Counted from the first letter of the stretch, positions 49,101-63,900 are shown. The stretch: DNA of 64,000 bases from Somniosus microcephalus (GCA_052327205.1 CM126215.1:70990001-71054000), one strand, 5' to 3'. A program made the numbers and translations. The notes: a model not told the origin generated them from the sequence alone.

Positions 49101-52100
49101 GTAGAAATTAAAAGAGGCGGCCACCAGCAAAGGCCGTACCCGAGTAAATAGGTAACCAAACCATCTCGTAATTAAATGGTTTCGTGCTTTCAGAAGGCCC
49201 CGTAAGAGGCCACATAGGCGAGCTGCTGCCGATTTGAAAGCAAACGCAGACGTTACAGGGAAAGTGAGAACAGATTCTGGGAGGGCAGTGGCGAATCTTT
49301 AAACAACATTGCGCAAAGAGCCTACTCACCTCTTAATACAATGGAAGATTTCAACAAATTGTCATGAGGGGCGTGACGTTCATTTTTGCCCCGCAACTTT
49401 TCTTTACCTTTGATAACGGTACAGAGGATACTTAATAACACTCAGTACAACGTAACCAACCAGATTGTGGTTAGCGTACTAAGGAATCAGGCATCCCTAC
49501 AAATGCCTTTCCAAACTCTTGTACTATCATGCCTTTAGTTTTTTTAATAATAGCATACTACGCTCCATGTAAGGAAAACATTACCGCGTACTGCACATCC
49601 ATGTGTCTTATAAACGTAAAGTACATTTGCACTTGAGTGATGCATACAAAAACATCGGAAACTGTTAATATGGCACTGTGAATTGGACAGGTTAAGACGT
49701 TAAGCAGGGTTCAAGTTAATCAAGTCACCGGCACCGATCAGAGAACAGAAATATTTAAAGAGAGAGACAGAATCCAAAATAACAATCATCGGAAAATTCA
49801 TCTCTGATATTTTAAAAGTGAATGACATTTTGTTCTTGTGAGGATCGTGATAACCCATGCCACATGAGTACTTATGAAACGCACACACAAACAAATTCAA
49901 TAACCTGTCTTTTAGCAGATGCTAATTGATCGGCTGTGCAGCACCCGCATTTTTTTTTATTATTCAATTTACTTAACGTCAACAAAACGTAGATAAAACA
50001 ATTCGGGACAATGTGGGTCTCGATTCAGATTCACAAGTCCCTTTGCTGTCTTGTGGTCTCCAGTTAATCTAATCTGATTTCAAATTCAACGTGACCACAA
50101 TTGAACTATTTGAGATATCCTGGTAACACGTGCCTGCACATGACGCAGTACTGTTGTGCAAATACCCGCCCCCATGGCAACATTTGATAGCAATTTGTAT
50201 TTAGACTTCCTACAATTTACTGGTGTCTGGAGTGCAAGGCGAGTGCATTGTATTGAAATAATTCATACCAAATCCATTTCAGTTCAGATCTGAATACTTC
50301 TATAAACAGGTCAATATGTAGGAGCCTAAACGTTATAACATTAAGATTCTAAAGATCTGTATGTATTTAACGTATGGCTTACAATAGTCACTTTTATAGA
50401 CGCATTGATCTATATCTATGTACATCTTTTAAACGAGGCATGATGACTAAATTCGCGTTTTTCTCCATATTTTCTGCGATGTTGTCAGGTTATAGCACCC
50501 TTAAATAAATCCAATGCAATTGCAGTTACAAAAAAAACTATAGTCAGAAGATTTCCATAATTATTATGCTAATTTAGAAATACTTAACTTGCAACATCTC
50601 CGTTCTTTAATCAAAGTGGCCAAAAACCTCTACATTTTTGTCTCTTGTGTTGTTTACTTTCTGTTGTCATAAAAGTAGTTGCCAATTCTGCTACTTAGGT
50701 ACCTCCAAAATAATGCATTATGTTGCCTGTTGGAAATTTGCAGCTCATTTTACAACAGGGAGCAGCTTTCAACCGCTGAATGCTAGTGGGCGAGACATCG
50801 ACAGTGTAACGGTTTTGCAGTTCCTCTAGAGGATCCAAGAAAAGCATCATCAGATATTGAAGTGTTAAATACTGAATTTGTCTCCTGGTTTGTGTGCGAT
50901 TCTAAAGCCGGCCTCCTAGTTACCAGTATGCATTAACTGCAGCTTGTAGAGAACAATGCCAGGACAGTTACAAATGGACAAGACCGAACGTTCCCAACAA
51001 TAGTCTTTCCAGCCTTTCATTTATCTAAGCATGCCGCAATGAGGCTCTGCCCAGCACTCCAGTGTGCGCCTAACAGAGCAAGGTACAAACCTTCACACGT
51101 AGTGTTAAGGCTTTTGCAGATGTAAAAAATACACAAAAGAAGCAGCCACTCATAAAGCAGATCAAAACACCCACTGCCGGTCTCCTTATTGATGGAACTT
51201 TGTTCGGAAATACAATATTTTGTTAAAATGCACGGGAGACAATATTTGGAAGAAGGTAATCTGTTTAAGCATTCTACAGACCACTGGGCGACAGCTGAAA
51301 ACTCGGGAAACATGGGTTCAACACGCGCTGAAATGCAACTTGGATATTCGAGTACATCGTGAAACTAGAGAACTAGCAATGGAACTCTTGAGTTGCAAAC
51401 TACAACATTCATTTTCTATAGATTTCTAAATGTTGTGCCACAAATCTCAGCTAGGTGACGGTGTATTTGATCATACATCTAACTTTTGAATGTTAGTGGT
51501 CACAGCAGCTGTTACAGCATTATGTATTCCCCGCAGCTGTTCTGATTCATTGTGTACTTTACAGAACCCTTATGTTTAATGCTGCCACGGACTTACACCG
51601 ATAACATTTTACGAAAAGTTGCATAATCAAATAATAGCATTATTGATAAATAATACACACGTAATAGATTCATAAGGAAAATGGTCATCAAGAGTTGAAA
51701 ATAAGCAACACAATTAATGATTTCAAACTCTGCACTCTATTCTGGTTAAGCATTGGGTTCAGTTATTGAAATTTAACACACCATCAATGCCAAAACATTA
51801 CACTTTATGGAACTTAGAAAAATAATCGAGCTGTCATTTAGCTCATCCTAATTTGTGCAAAGACAACTCGATGCATAAGTTTAAAATCCCAAAAGCTAGA
51901 CATTGTGTCAAGACACAGAGTCCCAATGCAATATTTATATGAGCGCGCAGGTGGCGAGTCCATTGACCGTCCGGCCCGTATGAAACGCGACCACGGATTG
52001 TTCCTATTGTCTGACTAGGGTTAGATTTCACTACATAAAATGTGACTGATTGCAGCATCTATTGCAATATCATTTAACAATAAATGTTTCTCCACAACTA

Positions 52101-55100
52101 AGTAAAACTTGGCGTTAAGCATTTGTTTCCTTGTCCTCCGGTTACTATTCATTAACTGCAATGAATCCACATGGTCCAATCTAAAATCAACCTAATAATT
52201 AACACCTGCAAACCTTTCAGTGTCTCAATTTGCGATGATGCTCTTGTATGTGGCAGGTTAACCCATTCTTAGCAAAGAACTGGATAGATAATATCAGTTT
52301 GTGGGCCCTTGCATGATGAGAGAGAGATTCGGTGTGCCTATGCACCGATCTGTTATTCTAAGGGGAATTGTTATTCTTGTAGCCAAATAAGTGTATCATT
52401 GAAGATGCAACAGATGTCTAAAATAAGTACATGTTCACATTAGCGATTTTTAAACACTTATAACTAAAAATACTGCAATATTTCCTTCTCTGGACATGCC
52501 ATTACTTCACGTTGAATTTAATGAAATGTAGCTTGTTCGGTGTTTAGGTACCTGTAAATTAGGTACCTGTAAATTATTTAACAGATTATTTGTCATTTTT
52601 AATTTAGATTGATCATAATATGTCTATTAATATGATTTCACTTTTTAAATCTGCTCGAGTACACGGACATCAGTGAGGTGGCTGATTTGATCTTGAGTTA
52701 GAAATATTGACCGATGTTTACAAAATGGGACACTGTAGAGACAGTAGTGTTCGAGCGGTCGGTCGGTGTGTGGAGGGGGAGGGGGAGGGAGAGCAGATGA
52801 GAAATCCCGAACTACGTCACTTATCAACCGTGTGTAAATATACAAAATGACCACCCAAGTGTCAAGGGAGTCGCATAAGTCAAAAAAGTGCAAGTAGCGG
52901 ATAGTAAACCTTACATTTTAATGTCCAAGTCACGCAAGCGTTCATTTGAAAATATGAAAGCGTTGGGATGTTTTAGTTCTGTGTGAAATATACAACAAGC
53001 GCAGGGTAAATCTATTACTTGAGCGCGCCAACTTGTTGAGAGGTTCTAATGATGTAGTATTTTCGCCACTTCAAAAAATATATCATACCTAATTACTGGC
53101 CTTGGCCAGTGGAAAGCAAAGCTGTTGTGCAGAATATGTAGGTTTGTGCAAATGAGCTTACTTTAGTCGACGTACGTATGCAATACTTAAGTTCAAGCAA
53201 CAATAGTCCCCAATAATTGTGCTGAATCACACACAGTGAACCAGTGTATCTTTCAGATGAGCATTGAACTGGTAGGCATTGTATGGTCTTAAACTAGTGA
53301 CTGTAGAAGGCTGCACAGCAGAAGTGGATGGTTTTGCGTTTCTGGAGAATAAAGAGACAAATGTCTGTCATATTTGTGTAAAAGAACACTTTTTTTCTTG
53401 CCCTGACTAAATCCTACCAACGCCATGTCAAAGTCTAGTGCCGATCCTGTGGAGGTATTTCATATTTTAATTCCAACCTCGGCCACAGCTGGGTATTTTC
53501 TACTCTAGTTAGGATTGTGGAGTTTGGCCAGTTGTTCTTGAAGTTGCAGTAACACTTTCAAAAGGTATTTAAATGGACAAAGAGTACCTGTATATAATGT
53601 TCTCATGCAAATCGTCTATTTCAACTTATTTATTGATGTCCCTGATTTGAAACAGCCCCAGTACGCAGAATGTTTGGCTTCAATTGGAATTTGTAAGCTG
53701 CCTGTAACTGGAGGAACAGGTCGTCCGGCGTCGAATGTTTAAGGTGGAAACGTCCTGGTTTGGTTACATGCCATTTCAAAAATATTCTTGTGCTTTTAGT
53801 GAAAGTGTAACCCAATGAGAAGCAACTGCGATTACTCATTGATAAAAGGTGCTGCACTGGTTAACTAAACATTAAAGGCTAATGAAATTGTGACATCGTC
53901 TACAGTTATAGTCAAAGCAAAAAATATCGTTTACGAATATAAAAAGTTACGGTGAAAATGAGATTTAGGTGACGAGAATGCCACTTAGAGTTGCAGAGAA
54001 GCTGAAATCATTTTGGTTGGAGGTCGGCAGCATTAAGGTGTTTGTTTACATCCAACAGCGCGGCGGGACTCGAGTGGTCGTCAATTCAGTCGCTGTTGAT
54101 CAGGGCACCTTGTGTAATCTGACAGAACAGCTTCACAGCGTCAATCAATAAACAATATTAGCAAAACCTTGAAAGTTGTAAATACTATAGATTCGAACAT
54201 TTATAAATAACTGAAACGTATATAATCGATATATTCCTCAGACTCTTGACAGGAGAAATCGGTATACCAGCGCTAAACAAGCTCGCAGGATACTAATAAA
54301 TCTGGTTGGTTTTTCTTTTAAACTGTATATTCCGATCGCGCAGACCGTATTCACACAAGTCAGCGAGCAGACAAAAGGGAATGGTCCTGTTGTATTGTTG
54401 GCACTTCTACCTCAATCAACTCTTTTCATTCAGTGGAAATCCTTCAATCATTTCAGCATTACAAAAAGTTCGAGAAAATGTGCTGAACGAACGTGAAAGT
54501 ACCCTAGCAGACATTCAGTAATTGTATCAATGCAATTTTAAAAATACACATGTGTGCGCGCACTCAACAAAGTTCAAGTATATATCGTTTATACACGGTG
54601 TATCAAGTGAAGATGGTGACACGCGCACATAGCTACATGGAGGATGAACACACGTACAGATTTGCAAACACATACTGCACAACACCCACAGCACGACATT
54701 CTCAACTAAACTTTCAACCTCCGATCGCTCCCTTCACAGGGCTGCGGTCCGTCTTTTAAGGAGACCTATCTGAGGTTTACTTCCCCTCACTTTTTTCCCT
54801 GCGATGATCAGTCCCTCCTCCCCGAGCTTGCAGGGAGCCGGCCACTGTTGTCTAGACCGATCGATCACTTAGACAGAGACATACAATACGGTCAAAACCC
54901 TTCAGTCAGGCAGAGCTGGTAGTTGCCACACGGGTACATGTCACCTTCCAGGTAACCAGCTAGAACTAGAACAACCTTCACCACTAGATCTCACCTCAAG
55001 AACATTCTGCTAGACTGCCAAAGTGGCTACTAACATGATAGCCGGACGGACGATGCATTATTTATGCATTAATATTCTACAGCAGACATATAGCAACGTT

Positions 55101-56051
55101 ACCTTAAAAGGTGCTCTCGCAATAACCTCGAAGACACAGCTTGGACAACATAAATCATCACTGTGAACCAAAGTCCTTTGCTGTTACCGAACTCTTTGGT
55201 AATCGCTTAGTAAGCTGTAGTTATTTGTAAACTACGAACATATATGCAAATAATCCCCTGTTTTAAACGATCAGTTACCTCTTTTTGTTTTAAAGGCTCT
55301 TATCTATTTACATTTTCTACTTGAGAAGGGGCACGATGTTTAAAATAACCACGTTTCCGTTAAGAATTTTACCTGTGGTGATTGTTGAATAAAGATAACA
55401 AACGCATAAGTGAAATTCATTTAAAGCGTTTGGTTAAACCCTGGGAGCGGAATTCAGCGGTTAAATCAGTCAGCGCTGTGTGGGGGAGGGGGATCTCTTT
55501 GCTCGGTTCGGCTCTGCACGACTATCCTTAGTGGTGGAAGTGGTCCGTGTTCCTTTGTACGACAGAGGCAGAGCGAAACACAATTCGCAAAAGCCCCAGT
55601 TCCTCTGGGGACAATGTCGATCGTATTTTACAATGCTTTTTTAAAAAAATAGGTGAAATTGACGTTTGCAAGACAGCAACCTTACCGGCTGGGTAGAGAG
55701 AGCGATCGATGTTGTGCAGTAACGCCAAATAGATCAGGTCGTGTGCCAAATCACGAAGAAGTTGAGCTCGGAACCACCACGATCGCGCTCTGGTGAGCCG
55801 AGACTCTAAACTTGTCCTCAACATTCACACGAGACACGCAAACACCACCGATATTCGAGCTACGGTGTAAAAACTGGGGGGCCACTCTTCTTGAAACTGA
55901 AAAGTAACTGAAGATCGCACGTTCGAGGGAAAGTCGACACCCAGACAGTCTCCGCTTGCCGACAGCGCTCAGCGCGTTCCCACAGCGATTTCAGTAACTA
56001 GAAAAGCCCGGTCTATAACCACTCCTTTCACTAAATAAAACCTCCTCTTAC

Positions 56052-56900
56052 CTGATTCCAAGCTTTCCACGTACTATAGCCAGACTAAGGTTCCGATGGT
56101 GACCTCTTCTGCTGCATCCACGTGCCTTTATGTTTTCTAATCGCCAAGAAAGACAGAGAAGACTTCTCTCATCCGAGCATATAAAATGTGCGCCAGGTTA
56201 AGCTCGCTTATCACCCCCACAAAGTCCGGATATCCACTAGAAAAGAAATCCGGTTTTTTTAAAAAGTCAAAGGAGCGGCCTCTTGCTGAGCCTTGACCGT
56301 TTACCCCTGGGCCGGGCCGGGCCGGACGGTGCGTTGTTTCAGCGCCGCGGGTGCTCGGTCCGGTGCCTCAGCGGAGGTTTCAGTGGCAATGTTCACTGTA
56401 CAGGTGGCGATCGGCTGCGATCCTCTGGCACGGAACACTTCGCAGCGCCATGTTGGCTCCTCACCATATATGCAGCGGCCAAGCGATCCGGTCTGTCGGC
56501 TCACTCTCACTCCATCGCCTCACATCCCCCAACTTGTCGAACCTCGGGGCTGCTGGCTTGCGGAGGGGGGGGGGGGGGGGGCGGCGTTGAAGAGAAGAGC
56601 CCTCTGGCAGATCACTGGAGCAGACGTGGTTCAGCGTCTACAGACCAAGCTGGGTTTTTTTTAAATTTCCGATCCTGCCCTAGCGTGCAGCTCCGCTCCG
56701 AGATTGAAAAAAAACTCTTTACCCATAAGGCCAGTCGTTAACTTCAATTACCATAAACATCAACCCCGATACCAAAATCTTCAGCCCCCCACCCCTCAAC
56801 AGCGGGCACACAAGCCGCCACAACCACTCCGCGCCGCAACACGCTCGCTGATCATTCCAGATTCGGTTCTGTGCCGGAACATTACAAAACAAAAACCCGT
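56052..56900 (-). promoter_or_regulatory. CpG island: candidate distal BCOR promoter and non-coding first exon
   Basis: Densest non-repeat CpG segment (56280-56900), YY1-type cgccatgttg at 56446-55, a G-run near 56565-56581 and a strong minus-strand donor CAG|gtaaga at 56052. Confidence 0.5.
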
Positions 56901-57859
56901 CTGTATCATCAGAGCACATCACGTGAGATGTAAACAGCCACGGCTGGATAAAAGTTTCTGTCGTACGTTTCATTCGGTTCCTGGCTGCGGTCCTGTGTGT
57001 TACTGAGCTAACCACACTAACGCTTATATACACTGTATATATATTATATATAGATAGATTTCAAAACTAATCGCTAGTTAGTGGGTGGTCTTCAATATGG
57101 AAAGATTAGTTCAGTGTTTGGTTTACGTTTTTTCTGGTTATTGTCACTGATGAGCAATTTAATGTGAAATTATTAACCACGATGCTTAAACATTATCCTA
57201 CTCATTCACATTTAGGCCCTTACATGTGGGTGTTTCGTCTGCATAGACAAATTTGTAACATTTCCTATAATTTTACATTCAAATCAAATGTATTAATTAG
57301 GTGATTAACCAGTGCCATTGTTAATTTGTCTTTAAGGCTGGGATCAACTGTATTTCATGTCAATTAGGACAGAAGTTTTGATTACTTTCAATCATACTTT
57401 CCTTTTCAAAATTTCCACAGATTGCAGCTGGTAGCGTCTTCAAACTTATTTATTTGCTCTTATTGTACTTTGTGAATAAACATCACTCATCACTAATCTA
57501 CCGACCGACGTATAAAGATGCGAGCCACCCCAGGGCATTTATTTGGAAAATTACAACATAGTGCAAATATGTAGCACACGTACTTCATCGCTTCCCCAGG
57601 ATACAAAGTGCGCTTTTATAGGTAATAGCTGTAGGCACGAATGATGAAAGGTGTAATCCCAGCGCCGGTGCTCAGTTTAGTTCGAGAGTCTCCAGCGCTA
57701 CAGAAGCGCTTCCTTTGCCGGTCTCTGGGGAGTTGACCCGAAGGTCAGGACGCTGTGCGCACGTCTCGCGCGGGAAATCTTCCATCAGGCGCTCAGTCAC
57801 ACGTACACTCCCATTCACGCACAAGGGGCACCTATCGATAAATGACATGTATACTCGCA

Positions 57860-58570
57860 TTCACACGTAGTCACATTCTCACACACACTCCTGCAATGAG
57901 TTCTACACTCACATCTTCCCGCAAACCACACACACTCGAGCAGTCACACCCAGACACACATCACATTCTGCCAGGCACACACACCCTTCTCACACTCAAG
58001 CCAGTTACGCAGACAGCCGTCCAAACAATTGCAATTACACATACAAACTCAAGGCAAACTCCTTCCCTGGCACTACCAGAACCACACTCCCGCAATCGCA
58101 ATCAGTTTCTGAAACACACACTCTCACCTTCTCGCACTCACACACCTCACACTCTGGAAATCTCACACATACACAAACGTACTCCCTCACGCTATGGCAA
58201 TGGCACACATTTAACATTCCCTCCCTCAGTCAATCTCTCACTCTGCCCGAGTTACACACACGCACTCACATAGACGTACTCCCTCCTTCACACTCACTCA
58301 CAGTCCCTCCTTCCCTCACACGATCGCAGACACACACTTCCTCACTGTGCCAGTCACACATACCACACGCTCACTCCCTTCCGCACGTCCTCGCAGCCTC
58401 AAACATTGGCACAGACTCTTTCACACACGCCCACACCACAGCCTCCCTCGCAACCACACACACACTAGCATTCCCTCCATGACACGCTGGTAGTCGCAGT
58501 CACAGTTGCACAGTACTCCCCCGCAGTCGCTCTCTCAGTCACGTATAAGCAATCACACACACTCGTACCC
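57860..58570. repeat. CA-rich low-complexity tract
   Basis: Dispersed cacacac/cacactc units over about 700 bp. Confidence 0.75.
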
Positions 58571-61494
58571 CGCACTAACAGTTCACAGCAGCTGCCTCTC
58601 GGGCTGCGGCGCGTTAGCAGAATCGCTCTCTGTTTCTCCGAACCAGGGCGGAAACTGGGCGGTGTGAGGTTGACTGTTCTCATGTAAAAGACTGGGGGCT
58701 TCGACACCACCACAAGGAAGCTCAGTTGTTAATTCGGAACGTATTTCCACCCCTCTCACGACTTTAAGATCTTTTTCTCAAAAACACGTTGCTGCGGTAT
58801 CCTTTCTTCCAAATCAAACAATTAAAACGCTTTGCGATCTGGGGCTTGTTTAAAAATTGAGAATAGTTACGGAACATAGTTTCGTCATTTAGGGTTAATG
58901 ACTTTGAAAAGAAAAATGATCGGAAGCGAATTGTTCTGGACACTCAAACAGTGCACGATGTTCTAAGAGCCGCAGTTCTGGCAAGAGTTGAAGGCCTTTT
59001 TATACATAGTTTATCATTTACACTCAGTCCTGTCCAAGTTCCCCTTTAACGACAACAGGAAAATAACTGGGGTTAGATTAAAAATTACACGAACCGTGAA
59101 ATATGTGCAAATACTGTTTTGATCCACTGCATCGTTCGAAATGATCCATACCAGGCCTATCCATCCTGGTCACAAAATGCGAGAGGTTAGATTCCCAGTA
59201 TGAAGAATGCTGGATCCACAGATAACCGGGCCCGGGGTCACCGAACCGAACCCCTCCTCCCCAAGCGCCAGACTGCTACCACCAAAAAGATTAGGCACAA
59301 TAGAGGAACTGCTGGTTTGTGTTCACCGCATTGTTTAATGTAACAATCATTCACCAGTTGGAGGTGTTCTTTCACAGCAATTTGTGTCAGCGTGTAGCGA
59401 CTGCGTGACGCTTTACTTTTCTCGGGTCCTCCGCGCTCTGTACAGTTTGGGCTCCTTAATCACTCGCAGCCCTGAGCTGTTGGCCTACTCGAACATGCAG
59501 CGCAGTAAATGCTGCACAACTCCCATTACTGCTCCCCATATCCTTTTATTTCTGCTTTGAGTTCTAGCAGAAGCAGTAATAAGGTTCCGACCGTTCACTT
59601 TAAAGAACACATCTTGTCGAATCTCTCGTTTCACATCCTAGTTCACGGAACCGCATCCTTCTCTCGGAGTGAGCAGCGATACTAATATAACTGACGCCAG
59701 CTGATTTCTGTAATTCCCCCAAAGGAAACTTCACTTTAAGAGGCAACAACCATGGCTAGCTGGTTTGTTATCTGTTCGTTACAGAACTGTGACCAGTTGC
59801 GTTTGTTTCCACATTCTTTGTTCCATATTTTAGTTTTCAATGAAAATAAAGCCACGCATGTCCATATTTATTTGTTTTAAGGCGATCGGTATATAAGGTC
59901 ACCGTTAATAATGAGATTTGTGTAATTGGATATACGTTTCGGGTTTTTTAATTATTCAATGGGATTAAATCCCTTTTTCTCATTGAATGCAATGGACTAT
60001 AGCGAGGGACTCCCGGCGCGAAGTGCGCCACCTGTCTCGGTGAGAATGTTGCGCTCCAGCACAACACCAGCACAACGACTTCACAAGACAAAGATGGCGA
60101 AAGCTCCCATCCCCCCACCAGTTAGTGCCACTTCCTCGACCCGACCGCTTCACTGTTGTATGTACAGCGCCAATCTCAAGCTTATTACCAAGATCGAAAC
60201 GCCTGTTTCGAAACAGACGCAGGAAACAAGCAATGGAAGGCATTCGAAAGGACCGACACAACACGCCACACAGTTTAAAGGCAACCCCCCCGCCCCCCCC
60301 CCATTGGAACCATCTTCGCTTTGTCGGACACGCAAAGCTTTCTCGAAAGATTGCATTATTTTCAAGTTGCATACATGAACAAAGAACGTTAAATATACTG
60401 CGAAATGCGCTTGGTGTGCCGGGGTAAGGACGAGACCCGACAGAGTCTCGATATTTCATTACAAAACAAGGCACAAGAAAAGTCCAACAGTAACAAAACA
60501 AACTGCACAAAACTCCGAGCGCAGCTACATCTGCACATTAAAACACACACTTGCATTAAAAAGAGCAGCGATTTGCATCATAAACTACCGGAACGTTAAG
60601 GGTTCGTCGACCATGAGGAGTATTGGCTTCTTCTGCATAAACAGATGCACCTCTACACCAATTCGGGCTTTAAACGTTATTCCACATTCTTTGTATCGCA
60701 CTTCAAAGCTGCAGAACACATCATTTCTGACCCGACTCAAACACAGGCTGTGCATGAGTGAGACTTTTGGTGGGTACGTCACTTCAACCAAAATAAAAAT
60801 AAAATTCAGGGTGGAACTTTGTCACATCCAGCCGAGAACTGTGCTCCGCATTCGCCATTGTTGTGGGTTTTGTATTTGGAAAACTTGCCAAAAAAGTTAA
60901 AAATTAAAATGAGCAAGACAGCTCAAATGAATGGAACAGTAACCTTCCCTTCCCCATCCATACACACAATCTCTGCAAAGTAACAAAACGCTCTTTTAGT
61001 ATCGAGTTACAAAGCTTATGAGGTTCCTGCGTCCACAGCGTCGACCTTTAAAGCACAAGCCGTTAAACAGCACACACCATTTAACATGTTGTTCAGACAA
61101 GTGCTATAAACTTAAAAATGTCACAAATTGAATAAATTATGGCAATGAATCTCCAAATAGGAAATACTTCAATGTGATACAACGCACTTAGGGCAAGCGT
61201 AATTTGTTTGTATATTTTGCAAAAGGAAATGAAAAATATGTATACAATTTTTCTCGCCGCATTCCCTACTTGCCAAGATTTCAGCTTCAGTGTCCAAATC
61301 ACCCGCCCAACCCGAAAATCTAAAAACGTGATTATTGAAACTCCACTGATGTAAAAGGTTTGTTATGCTCCAAAATTTGCTTAGGAACGAACAACGGAAA
61401 TAACATCAAACAATTCAAGGCAACTGAATTGAGATCAATCTAATTAATTATATCAGTAATGATTTCGGGGATGTAAAAGGCCCATACTGATTAC

Positions 61495-61740
61495 AAAGGG
61501 AAGTGGAAGGGGGAGAATCAAAGTTTCCACTCCTGGAAAGTGCGAGTGTTTGGGTGAAAAGCAAGGCTCGGATTAGGCTGTGAAGCCCTTGTGGTCAAAT
61601 AACATGCCAACACTCACTGTCCATTCTTTATACATAAACAATGGTCACTTGTGTGAGGTACTGTAGGACTGTCAACACTCATGGAACTGTACCCCAAGCA
61701 AGAGTCAGCGCCTTCAGAAGGTGGTTAGGGAGAAAACTGG
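61495..61740 (+). mobile_element. Ancient SINE 3' half (AmnSINE2-like)
   Basis: ctggaaagtgcg, ggctgtga.gccc, ccaacactcactgtc and tggaactgtacccca..gagtcagcgccttcag resemble the recalled AmnSINE2 consensus. Confidence 0.55.
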
Positions 61741-62199
61741 CAAGGAAAAATACTGCAAATGTGTTCGAGGTGCAAAGGATTTCCTGTAGCACTACATCTG
61801 GGGCACCAATGTGCATCTCTGCAGCATTAAATAGTGAGATGACAACACTGGGGTAATTGACTGCTGATTCGCTGGAGAAATATAGGGGATAGCTAATGAA
61901 GAACAACAGATACTGAGTTTATTTCAGACCTATGTCACAAGTGAGTTATAAAGATCTTCATTGTGAGTGGATTATATAAGCTAACCCATTGTTTCCCCAC
62001 TGTGTACTGTTCAAAACAGCTGTGGGGATTGATTTGTATTTAAAATAAAATTGAATTAAATTATATTTTTCTGTTATTAAGATTTTACAATGTGCAGATG
62101 GCACTTTAAAATTATAGAATGTCACTGCATGGATTAAAACCATTCAGTCCATTCACTGTACCTAACACTGACTCCAAAAGCTATCCACTTAGTCCCATT

Positions 62200-63900
62200 T
62201 TTCTGTCCTTCCCAAAACCTTTTCTTTTTGCTTTTTCAACTGGAGGGTCATTAAAGAAATGGGACAGGAGCGATGTGAGCTCATTGCCTGTATCTGCCTG
62301 TATCTTTACTAGTTCGCTGGAGTTGAGGGCTGCTCTCTCAGACTGGGAGGATGCTATCATAGTTACAATTTTTTTTAAAGGGTGACAAGGCAGAACTGGG
62401 TAACTAGACCCATTTGCTGGACTTCAGTAATAGGTAAGATGCTTGAATGCATCATCAGACATGCCTTATATAACCACTTAGAGAAGGCCTTATCAGGGAC
62501 ACCCAACACTGTTTCAGAAAAAGGTTGCGTCTTACAAATTTGATTTTTTTAAGAAGTAATCAGGTTAGTGGATGAGGGTAACCCGGTGGATATTATCCAC
62601 TTGGACGTTCAGAAAGCTTTTGATAGGTACCTCACAAAAGGCTTCGCTACAGTATAGAATCTTGCGGAATTAGTGGTAATCTGCTGATGAAGATTGAGAA
62701 TTGGCTGAACGCGTGTAGGCAGAAAGTTGTTGTCAATGGGTTTGGATCTGCTTGGAGACCAGTTACCAGTGGCATCCCACAGGGATTGGTGTTAAGACCT
62801 TTGCTATTTACTACATTTATTAATAACCTAGATGTAGGTGTTGGGAGAAATGATACACAAGTTTGCAGACTTCGCCAAGATATGTGCGAGTGTTAGGACT
62901 GAAGAGGATGCTGAACTATTCCAAGCATATCTCAATGTGTTGGGGGAATGGCCCATGTTTGGCAAATTATCTTTAACTTAGAAAAGTGTAGTGTTATGTA
63001 TGTGGGCAGGTCTAATGCTAAACATACATACACCCTACAAGGAATAGAATTGAAACCAGTGGTGAAAGGAAGAGACCATGAAACTACCGGATTGTCATAA
63101 AAACCCATCTGGTTCACTAATGTCCTTTAGGGAAGGAAATCTGCTGTCCTTACCTGGTCTGGCCTATATGGTGACTCCAGACCCACAGCAATGTGGTTGA
63201 CTCTTAACTGTCCTCTGAACTGGCCTAGCAAGTCACTCAAGGGCAATTAGGGATGAGCAATAAATGATAGCCTTGCCAGCGACGCCCACATTCCAGGAAC
63301 AAATATAAATTAAAATCTGGTTGTTACAGTATATCACTCGATAAAGGTTCAAGATCAATGCCGTGACGCTATAACTACAGGGTTCTAGGTTGTATTCACA
63401 AGACAATTCTCTACAGAACAAGTATACTATTTTGTCCTTGTACAAGACCTTGGATAGGGCCTCAGTTAGAATACAGTGTCCAGTTTTAGTCTCCTGGTGG
63501 GAAATATTGAGGCTTTTGGAAAGGGTTCAGTGAAGGGCCAGAAGATTCATTCCCAGTTTAAAACACCTTCTTACCTAGATAGGCTCAAAGAGCTGGGTCT
63601 GTATATTTTAGAAAAGTACAGACTCGGGTAATTTGACTGAGGTTTATAAAATAATGAAGAGACTAGATTATGTTTGTGTGGACCAATTATTTCAACTGGA
63701 TAGATTAGGAAGGACCACGGGTCACGCTTGCAAATTATGTATGGGCAGAACTAGGTTAGATGTTAGACAGCTCCTCTTTTTCCAGAGAATAGTGTACCTA
63801 TGGAACAGGTTGCAGCTTGTGTGGTGAACACTGATTTGCCGTATAGAGCTAGACCTGTATCTGACTGGGTCACAGATCACCACATAAAAGTGGTAGGTAC
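62200..63900 (+). mobile_element. Old CR1 LINE RT fragment interrupted by a SINE
   Basis: [43 protein letters not shown] and RIVYLWNRL motifs with stops and frameshifts. Confidence 0.85.
63074..63312 (+). mobile_element. Shark SINE 3' half nested in CR1
   Basis: gaccatgaaac...aaaacccatctggttcactaatgtcctttagggaaggaaatctg...gactccagacccacagcaatgtggttgactcttaac...gccagcgacgcccacat. Same family as 1-210. Confidence 0.75.

Noticed and set aside
52545-52577. 15-bp tandem duplication (ttaggtacctgtaaa x2)
   Set aside because: Ordinary slippage duplication with no sign of function.
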